64,000 nt of DNA from Synechococcus sp. (GTDB lineage Bacteria > Cyanobacteriota > Cyanobacteriia > PCC-6307 > Cyanobiaceae): assembly GCA_047284725.1 (NCBI GenBank), contig JBJBEO010000001.1, positions 1,016,203-1,080,202 of the forward strand. Direction: 5' to 3'. How positions within the stretch are numbered: the stretch's first letter is position 1; every line of letters starts with the position of its first letter. Under the pieces are notes generated by a model. That model made no database searches, was not told where the DNA came from, and saw only the letters and a list, made by a program, of their open reading frames with translations. Shown here one piece after another: positions 16,992 through 25,666 of the stretch. A program made the translations under genes and the position numbers.

Positions 16992-18530
16992 ATGACGCTC
17001 GAGAAGGGTTTAGACAGCAACGCCTTTTTTCCCCGCAGCCTTGATGGCGATCTGATCAAGCAGCGCATCCTCGACCTGGAGACAGGCAAGGTGGGCTTCT
17101 ACAGCGTGGGCCTGTATCCAGCTTCGCTGGCGTACAACTGCGCTATGCAGCAGGCCACCGAGCACAGCCTGATGTTGGCACCGCGCCCGGGCCGTGCCTT
17201 GCTGGGAGCCTTCCCTTCAGCTGCGCGTGAGGGCATGGATGCCACCCATGTGGCCTGTCTTGAGCGAATGGCGACCCACCTGGAGGGTGATGCACGGGTC
17301 CCCAACACCCTCGGTGATGTGATTCGGGAGTGCGAGCTCGTGGTGCTTGCCGCCAACAGCAATCACATTGAAGAAGATCTCCAGGAGGCTTGCCGTCTCC
17401 GGCGGGCCTTGGGTCGTGACCACGTGGTGCTGGCCTGTCTGGCCGGCTCCTTCACCCACGACCCCATCACCAATGAGTCCTACGTGTTGTGTGAGCGCGA
17501 GCCGAATCTCGCCTTCTTTTCCGGCTTCCATCGCCACGGCGCACTGCGCAATCCGCTCGATAGCTTCACGGCCAACTTCTGCCATCCGAATGCGCTCACC
17601 GCTCTGCTGGGTGCGCGCATGCTCGATCGCCTGTCTCCCAACATTCAGGTATCCCCAGGCGTTCACAACGTCGAGGGGCAGTACATCAAGGCGGCCAAGA
17701 ACATGTCCTCGGTGTTCGCCGGCTTTGGCTACGCCTACCACCAGGACAATCCCGGCGTGCTGCCCACCCTGCTCACGCTTTTGCTTGATCAATGCCTGGA
17801 TCAGGCTGCCACGGTGTCGATGGCACGCCGCGATCGCCAACGCCTCTACAACCGCCAGCCTTTCCCGCTCACGGAACTGGGTTACGGGGTTCAGAGGATC
17901 GAGGCCGCACTGGTGCGAGGTGGGGACATGGAGAAAGTGCGTGACCACACGTTTGCGCAGCTCACCGCGATGGTGGCCGATGTGCGCGGCAGCATGATGC
18001 TGCCCGTTTCGGGAACACCCACTCGTAATTTCCAGGCCGGTCAAGTGCTCGCTGATCGCATGCGCGATCTGAAACGCTGTCCGACGTCCATGGAAGAACT
18101 GGAACAGTGGTGTGAAGAGCAGGGGTTGCGCAAGGGTGGCCTCGAGGGGCTGAAAGCGCTGCGGTACTGGCCGCAGATCGTGCGCAAATACGCCATTCCG
18201 GTGCATGACGCTTCCATGGTGAATCTGCTTTACATGGCGATTTATGGAAAGCCGTCCACCAAGCAGGTGGCGTTTTCGGTGATGTCTGATAGCCGTGAGT
18301 TATCGGCCTACTGTCAGGAATCGGTCCGGCCCACGCACAGCCGGCGCTATGCCGAGGCGTTGCAGAACCTGCAGCAACCTGAGGCGATGGATCTGATTGT
18401 CAACGCGGTGATTGCCGATAATGCCCGCAAGGCGATCCGCGACGATCTTGCCCTCGAGGAAGGCAGTGAAGCAACGGATCCACCGGCCTATCTCCGTGCC
18501 ATGCACGTGATCGAAACCGCTCTCGATTGA
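16992..18530 (+). CDS. 512-aa protein, probable divergent NAD(P)-dependent glycerol-3-phosphate dehydrogenase (GpsA) fold
   Basis: Strong coding bias; colinear GpsA-like motifs LAFFSG, AAKNMSSVFAG, VADV, TRNFQAG, LEG. Confidence 0.6.
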   Translation: MTLEKGLDSNAFFPRSLDGDLIKQRILDLETGKVGFYSVGLYPASLAYNCAMQQATEHSLMLAPRPGRALLGAFPSAAREGMDATHVACLERMATHLEGDARVPNTLGDVIRECELVVLAANSNHIEEDLQEACRLRRALGRDHVVLACLAGSFTHDPITNESYVLCEREPNLAFFSGFHRHGALRNPLDSFTANFCHPNALTALLGARMLDRLSPNIQVSPGVHNVEGQYIKAAKNMSSVFAGFGYAYHQDNPGVLPTLLTLLLDQCLDQAATVSMARRDRQRLYNRQPFPLTELGYGVQRIEAALVRGGDMEKVRDHTFAQLTAMVADVRGSMMLPVSGTPTRNFQAGQVLADRMRDLKRCPTSMEELEQWCEEQGLRKGGLEGLKALRYWPQIVRKYAIPVHDASMVNLLYMAIYGKPSTKQVAFSVMSDSRELSAYCQESVRPTHSRRYAEALQNLQQPEAMDLIVNAVIADNARKAIRDDLALEEGSEATDPPAYLRAMHVIETALD

Positions 18531-18531
18531 G

Positions 18532-21243
18532 TCACCTCAGTTCAACAACGGCATCGGCAACAGCGCGGTAGGGGTCTCCATCACAGCTGAGCACGACCAC
18601 CTGCAGTCCATCGTCTGCGGCTTGGCGCAACATTGACAACACCGCTTGCAAACGGGTTGGGTCGGTATTGCTGAAGGCATCGTCGAACAGCACAGGTAGA
18701 CAACCGTCGTGGCCCGTGCGCAAGGTGTCGGCCAGGGCTAGACGCAGCGCCGCGTTGAGTTGCTCCCTCATTCCCCCGCTGAGGTTGGCAAAGGGCAGGG
18801 TGAGGCCATCCCGTTGGAGGCGTAAATCTCCTAGCCCGTTCTTGGCGTCATAACTGAGGCTGCACAGGGCATCGGGCTGAGGCAGCAGTGGCCCGAGGTA
18901 GTGGGCAATGCTGCGGCTGAGCGGTGCGGTGTAGCGCTGCGATAAGTCGCTGCGTGCGGTGTCGAACAGGTTCAGGAGATGCTGGTGCGCCTTCACCTGC
19001 AGCGCTTCATTGCTGTGGGCCCGTCGTGCCTGCTCCAGCTGGGTGCGAGCTTCCTCGGCATGGGCGTAGGGATCCCGGCGACCCAGGCTGTTGCAACGCT
19101 CCCGCAGGGCACCCCGCTCTGAACTCAGGCTCTGCAGGCGTTCCTGCAGTTGCTGCAGCTGTTGTTGCACCGCGTTCAGCCGGCGTGCGATCGCCGCTTC
19201 TGGGTCGTTGTTGGATCCATCAGCCTGGGGCAAGGCTTTCAGCTGCTGCTGCAAGTTGCCGATCTGTTCCTCCAGCTGCTGGAGGTCAGCGGTGATGCGT
19301 TCTGCGTCGCCGTGATCGCGAATCAAGGCGAGGCGCTGTTGATCAAGGCTGCGGATTTCTGCTGTCAGGGCTTCGCGTTGCAGTTGCAAAGCCTGTTGCT
19401 GCTGCTGTTGCCCCTTGAGCAAGGTCTCCTGTTGTTCCAGTTGCTGCAGAAGGGATTGGCGTCGTTCGTTCGTCTCGCGGTAGTGCTGGCGGCAGGTGAT
19501 CAGAGCTTGTTGAATGGCCTCCGCATCCTGAGGCGAAAGCCTTTCACTGGTTGCCTGAGCGCCATCGTTGAGCTCTTGCTCCAGGCTCTGGAGGCGTTCT
19601 CGTGCCGATGCCTCTTCGGCTTTGATGACCTTCTGATCATCGGCTTCAGGGGTTTGCTGCTGGAGCAGTGATTGGCGGGTGAGTAACTCCATGCGCTGTC
19701 GGCCACGGGCCTCCAGTTCGGCAACGCTGTCGGCCTGCCAGTGGCTGAGGCTCGCTTGGATGGTTTGTGTGAGCGCTTGATGCTCACGATGGATCGCCTC
19801 CAGGCCGTCGCCTCCCCCCGGGGCGATCCGCAGTTTCACGCCCTTGCCCACGGTCAGGGAGAAGGTGTTGGTGCGCCGCTGGGACTCCCCTGGCTCCATT
19901 GGGGCGTCATCGAGGCGCACCTGTTGATCACTGCACTCGAGGGTCACCACCGCAGCCATGGCATCACTTCGGATGGCGAGGGCTTCGAGTTGGCGCGTCT
20001 GGTCCTGCAACGTGACCAGGGCCTCATGCTCTGGGGCCCGGAGGCTGCTGAGGGCCGCGGTGATCTCCTTGTGTTGGCGCTCCCAGCTCAGCAACTGTTG
20101 TTGCTGCCGGTCCAGTTGCGTGAGGCGTTGTTCCAGCTGCAAGCGTTCCTCCAGGCGACGCAGCTGCTGACCTCGCAGTTCAAGGCCACTGCGCTTCTGC
20201 TCCAGTTGATCGCGGCCAAGCATCAACTGCTTCACGGCGTCGCTTTGCTCCACCAGCAGGCGTTGGAGGCGCTCCAGTCCGGCGGTGACACGGACGTTCT
20301 GCTGCTGTTGGTTCGCCAATGTCTGTTCGGTCTCCCGGAGCCGACGCAGTTGCAGTTGCAGTTGTTGGCGTTGCTGACTGAGAGGCGTGAGCTGCTGCTC
20401 CACTGCCTGGCGTGCGGCCTTGGCCTGGGCCTGTTGCCGCTGCTCGTCGAGCAGCTGGTTCTGTTTTTGCTCCAGCTGCGGTTTGCGCTCTTGTTCCAGC
20501 TGGCGCTGTTCGTCGTCGAGGGCATCGAGGCTGGTGCTTGCCTCCTCGTAGTCGTGCAGCTCAGCCGTGGCGGAGGCAAGTCGCTCCTCACTGGCCTTCA
20601 AGGCCTGTTCGCAGTGCCAAAGAACGCTCTGATGGCGAGTCCCTCGCGTGGTCAGGCTTGAGGACACCAATTGCTCAAGCCGGTCGTGCAGCTGTTGATC
20701 CAGAGGCGATTGCAGAGCAGCATCAGCTCCTTGCTCGAGTTGGTCGATCAGGCTGCGCAGGTCGTAGTGCTCGCCACCGAGCTTGAGCAGATCGCGGCCT
20801 CCTTCCCCCTGCATCACCCAGAGGTGGGCCCAGCGTGTGGGAAGCACCCGTCCTGCCTGGCGACTGCCGATGATCTCATCAACACCCAGCAGTGTTGCAA
20901 GCTGCTCTTCGGCTTCGCTGCCGAGGCGGGCAGGCTCGCCCGCACCGTTCAAGCTCGTCGTGCCGCTCTGGCCGCTGAAGCGTTTTTGAAGCATCCAGCT
21001 GCGGCCTTTGGCTTCGAAGTTGAGGGTTACCTGGGGATGACCACTGTGTTGCAGCGACCGCAGCTGCTGCACGGGAGCTCCCGTGGCGTTGCCGCGTAGA
21101 AAGAGGGTCCGGTGCAGGGCCTCCACCAGGGAGCTTTTGCCGCTTTCGTTGGCGCCTGTGATCAGGGTCAGGCCTGGATGGAAGTCCAGCTTCAGCGCGG
21201 CATGGCGGCGAATGCTGTGGAGATCGCAGCTGAGTAGCTTCAC
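18532..21243 (-). CDS. SbcC/Rad50-like (YhaN-type) coiled-coil ABC ATPase
   Basis: Walker A GANESGKS, long Q/E/L coiled coil, signature LSGGMREQ, Walker B VLFDDAF. Confidence 0.88.
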   Translation of the reverse strand: MKLLSCDLHSIRRHAALKLDFHPGLTLITGANESGKSSLVEALHRTLFLRGNATGAPVQQLRSLQHSGHPQVTLNFEAKGRSWMLQKRFSGQSGTTSLNGAGEPARLGSEAEEQLATLLGVDEIIGSRQAGRVLPTRWAHLWVMQGEGGRDLLKLGGEHYDLRSLIDQLEQGADAALQSPLDQQLHDRLEQLVSSSLTTRGTRHQSVLWHCEQALKASEERLASATAELHDYEEASTSLDALDDEQRQLEQERKPQLEQKQNQLLDEQRQQAQAKAARQAVEQQLTPLSQQRQQLQLQLRRLRETEQTLANQQQQNVRVTAGLERLQRLLVEQSDAVKQLMLGRDQLEQKRSGLELRGQQLRRLEERLQLEQRLTQLDRQQQQLLSWERQHKEITAALSSLRAPEHEALVTLQDQTRQLEALAIRSDAMAAVVTLECSDQQVRLDDAPMEPGESQRRTNTFSLTVGKGVKLRIAPGGGDGLEAIHREHQALTQTIQASLSHWQADSVAELEARGRQRMELLTRQSLLQQQTPEADDQKVIKAEEASARERLQSLEQELNDGAQATSERLSPQDAEAIQQALITCRQHYRETNERRQSLLQQLEQQETLLKGQQQQQQALQLQREALTAEIRSLDQQRLALIRDHGDAERITADLQQLEEQIGNLQQQLKALPQADGSNNDPEAAIARRLNAVQQQLQQLQERLQSLSSERGALRERCNSLGRRDPYAHAEEARTQLEQARRAHSNEALQVKAHQHLLNLFDTARSDLSQRYTAPLSRSIAHYLGPLLPQPDALCSLSYDAKNGLGDLRLQRDGLTLPFANLSGGMREQLNAALRLALADTLRTGHDGCLPVLFDDAFSNTDPTRLQAVLSMLRQAADDGLQVVVLSCDGDPYRAVADAVVELR

Positions 21244-22445
21244 ACCGCCATCTCCTGGTCACAGGGCGACTGGGCACCAGCGCTGAGGCGATGCAGTTCA
21301 TACAACGCTGTCTCCAGCAGGGCAACTTGGTCGTGCTGGTCGGGGGGCGTCTGCTCGAGGGTTTGCTGCAGTTGCCGGGCAATGCTGCCCATCAATGGGG
21401 CCTCTGAACGATCCAGAAGCGTGCTGAGCTCAGTGGCTTCCGGGCGCCTGTGGCATTGGCCTCGAACGCGCAGGTGGAGCAGTCGGGTGCGTAACCGGGT
21501 CAGGATTTGTTCGAGTTGCTGGTGATCGACCAGCCCAAGCTGTCCGTCGATTTCGAGCCGCAGCAGGTCACGTCCCACCCGTCGTTTGGTGAGCGTTGTG
21601 ATCCGCTGCTGCAAGCGCTCGAGGTCGTTGCGTCCCCTCAACTGTATTCGTTCGTTGTGCCACTGCATGCTTGCGGTGCTGATCGTTTCGACCTCGGGTG
21701 TTTGGCCCCGCTCCACGTCGGCGATCAGCACTTGGCCGCGCTGATCGTCCTCACTGGAGGGGAAGCGGTCTGGTTCAGGGGTGCCGGGATACCACCCTTT
21801 TGGTGGCACGGCCTTGAAGGCATGCCAGTCGCCTAAGGCGAGGTAGTCGTAGGCCCCGCTGTCCCAGCGGGCTGGATGCAATTGATTGGTTCCCGCGCGT
21901 GTGTCGTTGTCGTAGTCAACGGCGGAAAAGCCCTGAATGGAGCCATGGGCCAGCACCACCCGGGCCTGATCAGGGTCAAGGCTGTCCCAGTCGAAATGGT
22001 CCAGCCAGGCGCCAGGACTCAACGTCTCATGTTGGCGTCGCAGTGGACAGGGCAGCACCGTGATTCCGGCGATGCCAAGGGGTTCAGGTTTTAGCAGCAA
22101 CCGCAGATTGGTGGCTCTTTGGAGCATCTCCTGTTGCACATCCGGACGGCGCCAGACACCGCCAGCACCACCATGGTCGTGATTGCCAGGAATGACCAGC
22201 ACGGGGGTGTTGATCGAGCCGATCAGCTCCAGCACCTCCATCACCAGGGCGCCATCCACGGTGCTGCTGTCGAATAAGTCTCCAGCCACGAGCACCGCAT
22301 CAATGGCGCGTTCTTCAACAAGTTCAATGATGCGTTCGACGGCCTCCATGCGCGCCCGTTGCAGTCGACTGCGCCGCTCGGGGTCTTCGATCCAGCGATA
22401 GGGCTTACCGATTTGCCAGTCAGCGGTGTGGAGCAGACGAGGCAC
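21240..22445 (-). CDS. SbcD/Mre11-like metallophosphoesterase nuclease
   Basis: LHTADWQIG, VAGDLFD, PGNHD, LAHGS, ALGDWH, YPGTPE; 4-nt overlap with the ATPase gene. Confidence 0.9.
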   Translation of the reverse strand: MPRLLHTADWQIGKPYRWIEDPERRSRLQRARMEAVERIIELVEERAIDAVLVAGDLFDSSTVDGALVMEVLELIGSINTPVLVIPGNHDHGGAGGVWRRPDVQQEMLQRATNLRLLLKPEPLGIAGITVLPCPLRRQHETLSPGAWLDHFDWDSLDPDQARVVLAHGSIQGFSAVDYDNDTRAGTNQLHPARWDSGAYDYLALGDWHAFKAVPPKGWYPGTPEPDRFPSSEDDQRGQVLIADVERGQTPEVETISTASMQWHNERIQLRGRNDLERLQQRITTLTKRRVGRDLLRLEIDGQLGLVDHQQLEQILTRLRTRLLHLRVRGQCHRRPEATELSTLLDRSEAPLMGSIARQLQQTLEQTPPDQHDQVALLETALYELHRLSAGAQSPCDQEMAV

Positions 22446-22543
22446 GGCGATTGTTGAGGTGTGAAGGGTCGCTCCATGGTGCCTTGTGTGACGGGACCTG
22501 GCGAATCAGGGCGATGATGGGGACTGGTTTTGAAGGTGATGCC

Positions 22544-22764
22544 ATGGCGATGCGATCCGTCTTGTCGCGGGAGTCCAAGGCCTTGCCCTGGCTTCAGTCG
22601 CGAGTTCCGTTCTGCTGACCCCAGTTGAGGCCAGAACGACGCGCACGTTCAGTGGTTCCAACCCCGCTGAGGTTGAGAAGAATGCCCGCCGTGCCGGCTT
22701 CGACTATCCCGATGGGGAGATGACATGCAGCAGCCGCTGTAACCAGCGCTGGGCCAAAGAGTGA
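22544..22764 (+). pseudogene. Small secreted protein split by an apparent 1-nt deletion
   Basis: MAMRSVLSRESKAL joins LASVASSVLLTPVEARTTRTFSGSNPAEVEKNARRAGFDYPDGEMTCSSRCNQRWAKE* if one base is added near 22586; span 221 nt. Confidence 0.5.
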
Positions 22765-22840
22765 CGCGGAGCGGCTGACGATCTGCACACTGATCAGCCC
22801 AGCCCCCCAGCAATCGCGGCAGTGTTGCGTTCCGAGACGC

Positions 22841-24013
22841 ATGCGATCCGTTGTGACCCTGGCCGCCTCGAGCACCGGACGCCACCTTGAGGTCATCGCG
22901 GGTCGATTTCATCCGCCGGAACAGATCGACGCGATCCACCCGATCGGCTCGGGCAACGTCAATGACACGTTTTTGGTGCGGCTCGCGGTCGCAACCGCAG
23001 AAGGATCTGATGCGTTTGTGATGCAACGGTTGAACACTGATGTGTTCAACCGTCCAGATCTTGTGATGGGCAATCTGATCGCTCTCGGCAGTCATGTGCA
23101 GGAGCGGATGGCGACAGGCATGCCTGAGCTGCAGGGGCGTCGCTGGGAAGTGCCCCGGGTGATCCCCGCCCGCGGTGATCACGGGCATTGGGTGGAACAC
23201 GAGGGCCAGTTCTGGCGTTCGATTTCCTACATCGATGCCGCGATTGCCCATGACGTCATTTGCGATGCCAAGCATGCGCGGGAGGTTGGTTACGGGCTGG
23301 GAACGTTCCATCACTTGATCAGTGATCTGCCTGTTGCCCAGCTCGCTGACACCCTTGAGGGGTTTCACGTTACGCCAGTATATCTAGATCGTTACGACAC
23401 CGTGCTTGATCGTTGGTTGGATCGTGCTGAGCCCCGTGAAGTCACTGAATCGCGCCTGGTGTCAGCTCTGGCCTTCGTGGCCGATGGGCGTGATGGGGCT
23501 GATGTGCTCGAGGCGGCCTGTCGGCGCGGTGAACTTCAGCGCCGGCCGATTCATGGTGATCCCAAGATCAACAACGTGATGATCGATGCAGGTAGTGGTC
23601 AAGCAGTGGGGCTGATTGACCTCGACACCGTCAAGCCTGGTTTGGTGCACTACGACATTGGCGATTGCCTGCGCTCATGTTGCAATCCTGTGGGGGAAGA
23701 AGTCACTGATCTCACGACTGTTCGCTTTGATCTGGACCTCTGCCGGTCGATCCTCGAGGGGTATCTCACCGTTGCGAGTTCGTTTCTCTCCCCTGCCGAT
23801 GTGTCGTACCTCCCCGCCTGCATCCGCTTGATTCCTTTTGAGCTTGGTCTGCGCTTTCTCACCGACCATCTCGACGGTGATCGTTATTTCAAGGTGGAGA
23901 AGCGTGGTCAGAATCTCGATCGTGCCCTTGTGCAGTTCTCCCTGATGCGGTCCATTGAGGACCAGTTCGAGGCCATTGAATCCCTCGTGCAGCAGCTCAC
24001 CGGCCCTCTCTGA
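22841..24013 (+). CDS. Aminoglycoside-phosphotransferase-fold kinase (N-acetylhexosamine-kinase-like)
   Basis: GSGNVNDTF, QRLNTDVF, IHGDPKINN, LIDLDTVKPG, ELGLRFLTDHLDGDRYFK. Confidence 0.85.
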   Translation: MRSVVTLAASSTGRHLEVIAGRFHPPEQIDAIHPIGSGNVNDTFLVRLAVATAEGSDAFVMQRLNTDVFNRPDLVMGNLIALGSHVQERMATGMPELQGRRWEVPRVIPARGDHGHWVEHEGQFWRSISYIDAAIAHDVICDAKHAREVGYGLGTFHHLISDLPVAQLADTLEGFHVTPVYLDRYDTVLDRWLDRAEPREVTESRLVSALAFVADGRDGADVLEAACRRGELQRRPIHGDPKINNVMIDAGSGQAVGLIDLDTVKPGLVHYDIGDCLRSCCNPVGEEVTDLTTVRFDLDLCRSILEGYLTVASSFLSPADVSYLPACIRLIPFELGLRFLTDHLDGDRYFKVEKRGQNLDRALVQFSLMRSIEDQFEAIESLVQQLTGPL

Positions 24014-24025
24014 CGGAACCCTTCG

Positions 24026-24610
24026 ATGGCACGCCACTCCACGCTGGTCTGCCAGATCTGCCATTTGCGGCCTTTCCCCGATACGAATGTTCCCTCTCTT
24101 GTCATCAGTGCAGAACTGATTTGGCGCGAGGAAGGGCCCTTCACTCTCAGCTACGGCCTGCTCCCTGATCCGCCGTTCGAGGGCCGTTCCTTGCGAGACC
24201 AGTTGATGGGGCCCTGGAACCCTTCACGTTATCTCGGGTCTCGTCGTGATCAGCTCTGGCAACACACCTGCTTTGAGGCTTTTTTGGCGCTTCCGGGTCA
24301 GCAGGCCTATTGGGAACTGAATGTGTCCCCCTCCGGGGACTGGAATCTCTATCGCTTCAGTGGCTACCGCCAGGGGGGAGAGCCCGAGCCCAAGGCAGTG
24401 GCGCCCTCGGTCTCGCTTCAACGCATGGCCCGTGGATTGCGGTGCACCATCGAACTGGACCCGAGTGGGTTCTGGCCCCCGTCACTGGTTCCGGAGGTCG
24501 CTCTGACCACGGTGGTGGAGCAACGCGATGGATCCTTGAGCTATTGGGCGTTGTCCCATTCTGGTGAACAGGCCGATTTTCACGATCGCCGCAGTTTCTT
24601 GATCCTTTAA
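24026..24610 (+). CDS. DOMON-like (carbohydrate-binding-type) protein
   Basis: RRDQLWQHTCFEAF, YWELNVSPSGDWNLYRFSGYR, SYWALSH...DFH. Confidence 0.75.
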   Translation: MARHSTLVCQICHLRPFPDTNVPSLVISAELIWREEGPFTLSYGLLPDPPFEGRSLRDQLMGPWNPSRYLGSRRDQLWQHTCFEAFLALPGQQAYWELNVSPSGDWNLYRFSGYRQGGEPEPKAVAPSVSLQRMARGLRCTIELDPSGFWPPSLVPEVALTTVVEQRDGSLSYWALSHSGEQADFHDRRSFLIL

Positions 24611-24624
24611 CGCGTGCTTGTGCC

Positions 24625-25644
24625 ATGACTGCTGTGCGCCGTTGGTGTGTTGTGTTGGCCGCTGTCGGGGCTCTCCCGTTGGCGTTGCTGGCTCAGCACC
24701 GGATTGCGTTACAGGCCGAACAGGAGCCTGCTGACGTTGCTCGTTCAAACGCTTCCGACGCCGACGCTCGTGATTTAGACGTTGCGGTTCCCCGGCTGCC
24801 CAGTCATCCGACCCTTCCTCGTACGGCCCAAGGGCGTCATTACCCCCTGTTGCCCCAGGACCCGCAGGCCACCGCCGCATTACTGGGTGCTCTCGAGGCG
24901 GCGATCCGTGATCCCGCGGTACCGGCGGATCGCATCCCGCCTCTCGCTCATCAGCAGCAAGTGATCTATCGGGTGCTGTCCCGTGATCCTCAGCGCGCTG
25001 GAGCCGTGCGAACCGCGTTGGCGCCCCGGTGGCGCTGGGTGTTTGACCAACACATTGCGGCGCGGCGGGAGTTTCTGGCCATGCATCGGGGGCCGGCAAC
25101 TCCTCGGGTGCCCGCCTGGCGCATCCAACAGCCTGCACCGCAGGAGCAACTGTTGCGCGCCTATCGCAGTTCGGCCAAGGCCACTGGCATTCCCTGGACT
25201 GTTCTGGCGGCGGTGAATCTGGTGGAAACGGGGATGGGCCGCATCGATGGGGTGTCTGTGGCCAACGCCCAGGGCCCGATGCAGTTCCTTCCATCCACCT
25301 GGGCTGAACCGGGGATTGGTCAGGGGGGTGATATCCGCAATCCGTGGGATGCCATCCATGCGGCGGGTCGATACCTGGTGCGCCGCGGTGGTTTGCAGGA
25401 CATCCGCCGCGGGCTCTGGGGGTACAACAACAGCGACCATTACGGCGAAGCAGTGCTGCGCTATGCCGCGCTGCTCGACCGTGATCCTCTGGCCTACCGC
25501 GGTCTGTATCACTGGCAGATCCACTACGCCTCTGCCGCTGGGGACCTTTGGTTGGAGGAGGGCTATGCCCGCACCAGGCCGGAATCCGCCCATCAGCACA
25601 CGCGTGAGTTTCCCCACAGCAAACCGCCCTCTACGCTGCCCTGA
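24625..25644 (+). CDS. Exported lytic transglycosylase (SLT family)
   Basis: Signal peptide; WTVLAAVNLVETGMG, AQGPMQFLPSTW, LWGYNNS. Confidence 0.85.
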   Translation: MTAVRRWCVVLAAVGALPLALLAQHRIALQAEQEPADVARSNASDADARDLDVAVPRLPSHPTLPRTAQGRHYPLLPQDPQATAALLGALEAAIRDPAVPADRIPPLAHQQQVIYRVLSRDPQRAGAVRTALAPRWRWVFDQHIAARREFLAMHRGPATPRVPAWRIQQPAPQEQLLRAYRSSAKATGIPWTVLAAVNLVETGMGRIDGVSVANAQGPMQFLPSTWAEPGIGQGGDIRNPWDAIHAAGRYLVRRGGLQDIRRGLWGYNNSDHYGEAVLRYAALLDRDPLAYRGLYHWQIHYASAAGDLWLEEGYARTRPESAHQHTREFPHSKPPSTLP

Positions 25645-25666
25645 TCAAACACACACACGCAGCTGA

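Noticed and set aside
19150..20661. CTG/CAG-rich tracts and long Leu-rich plus-strand ORFs
   Set aside because: They are by-products of Gln/Leu codons in the SbcC-like coiled coil on the minus strand
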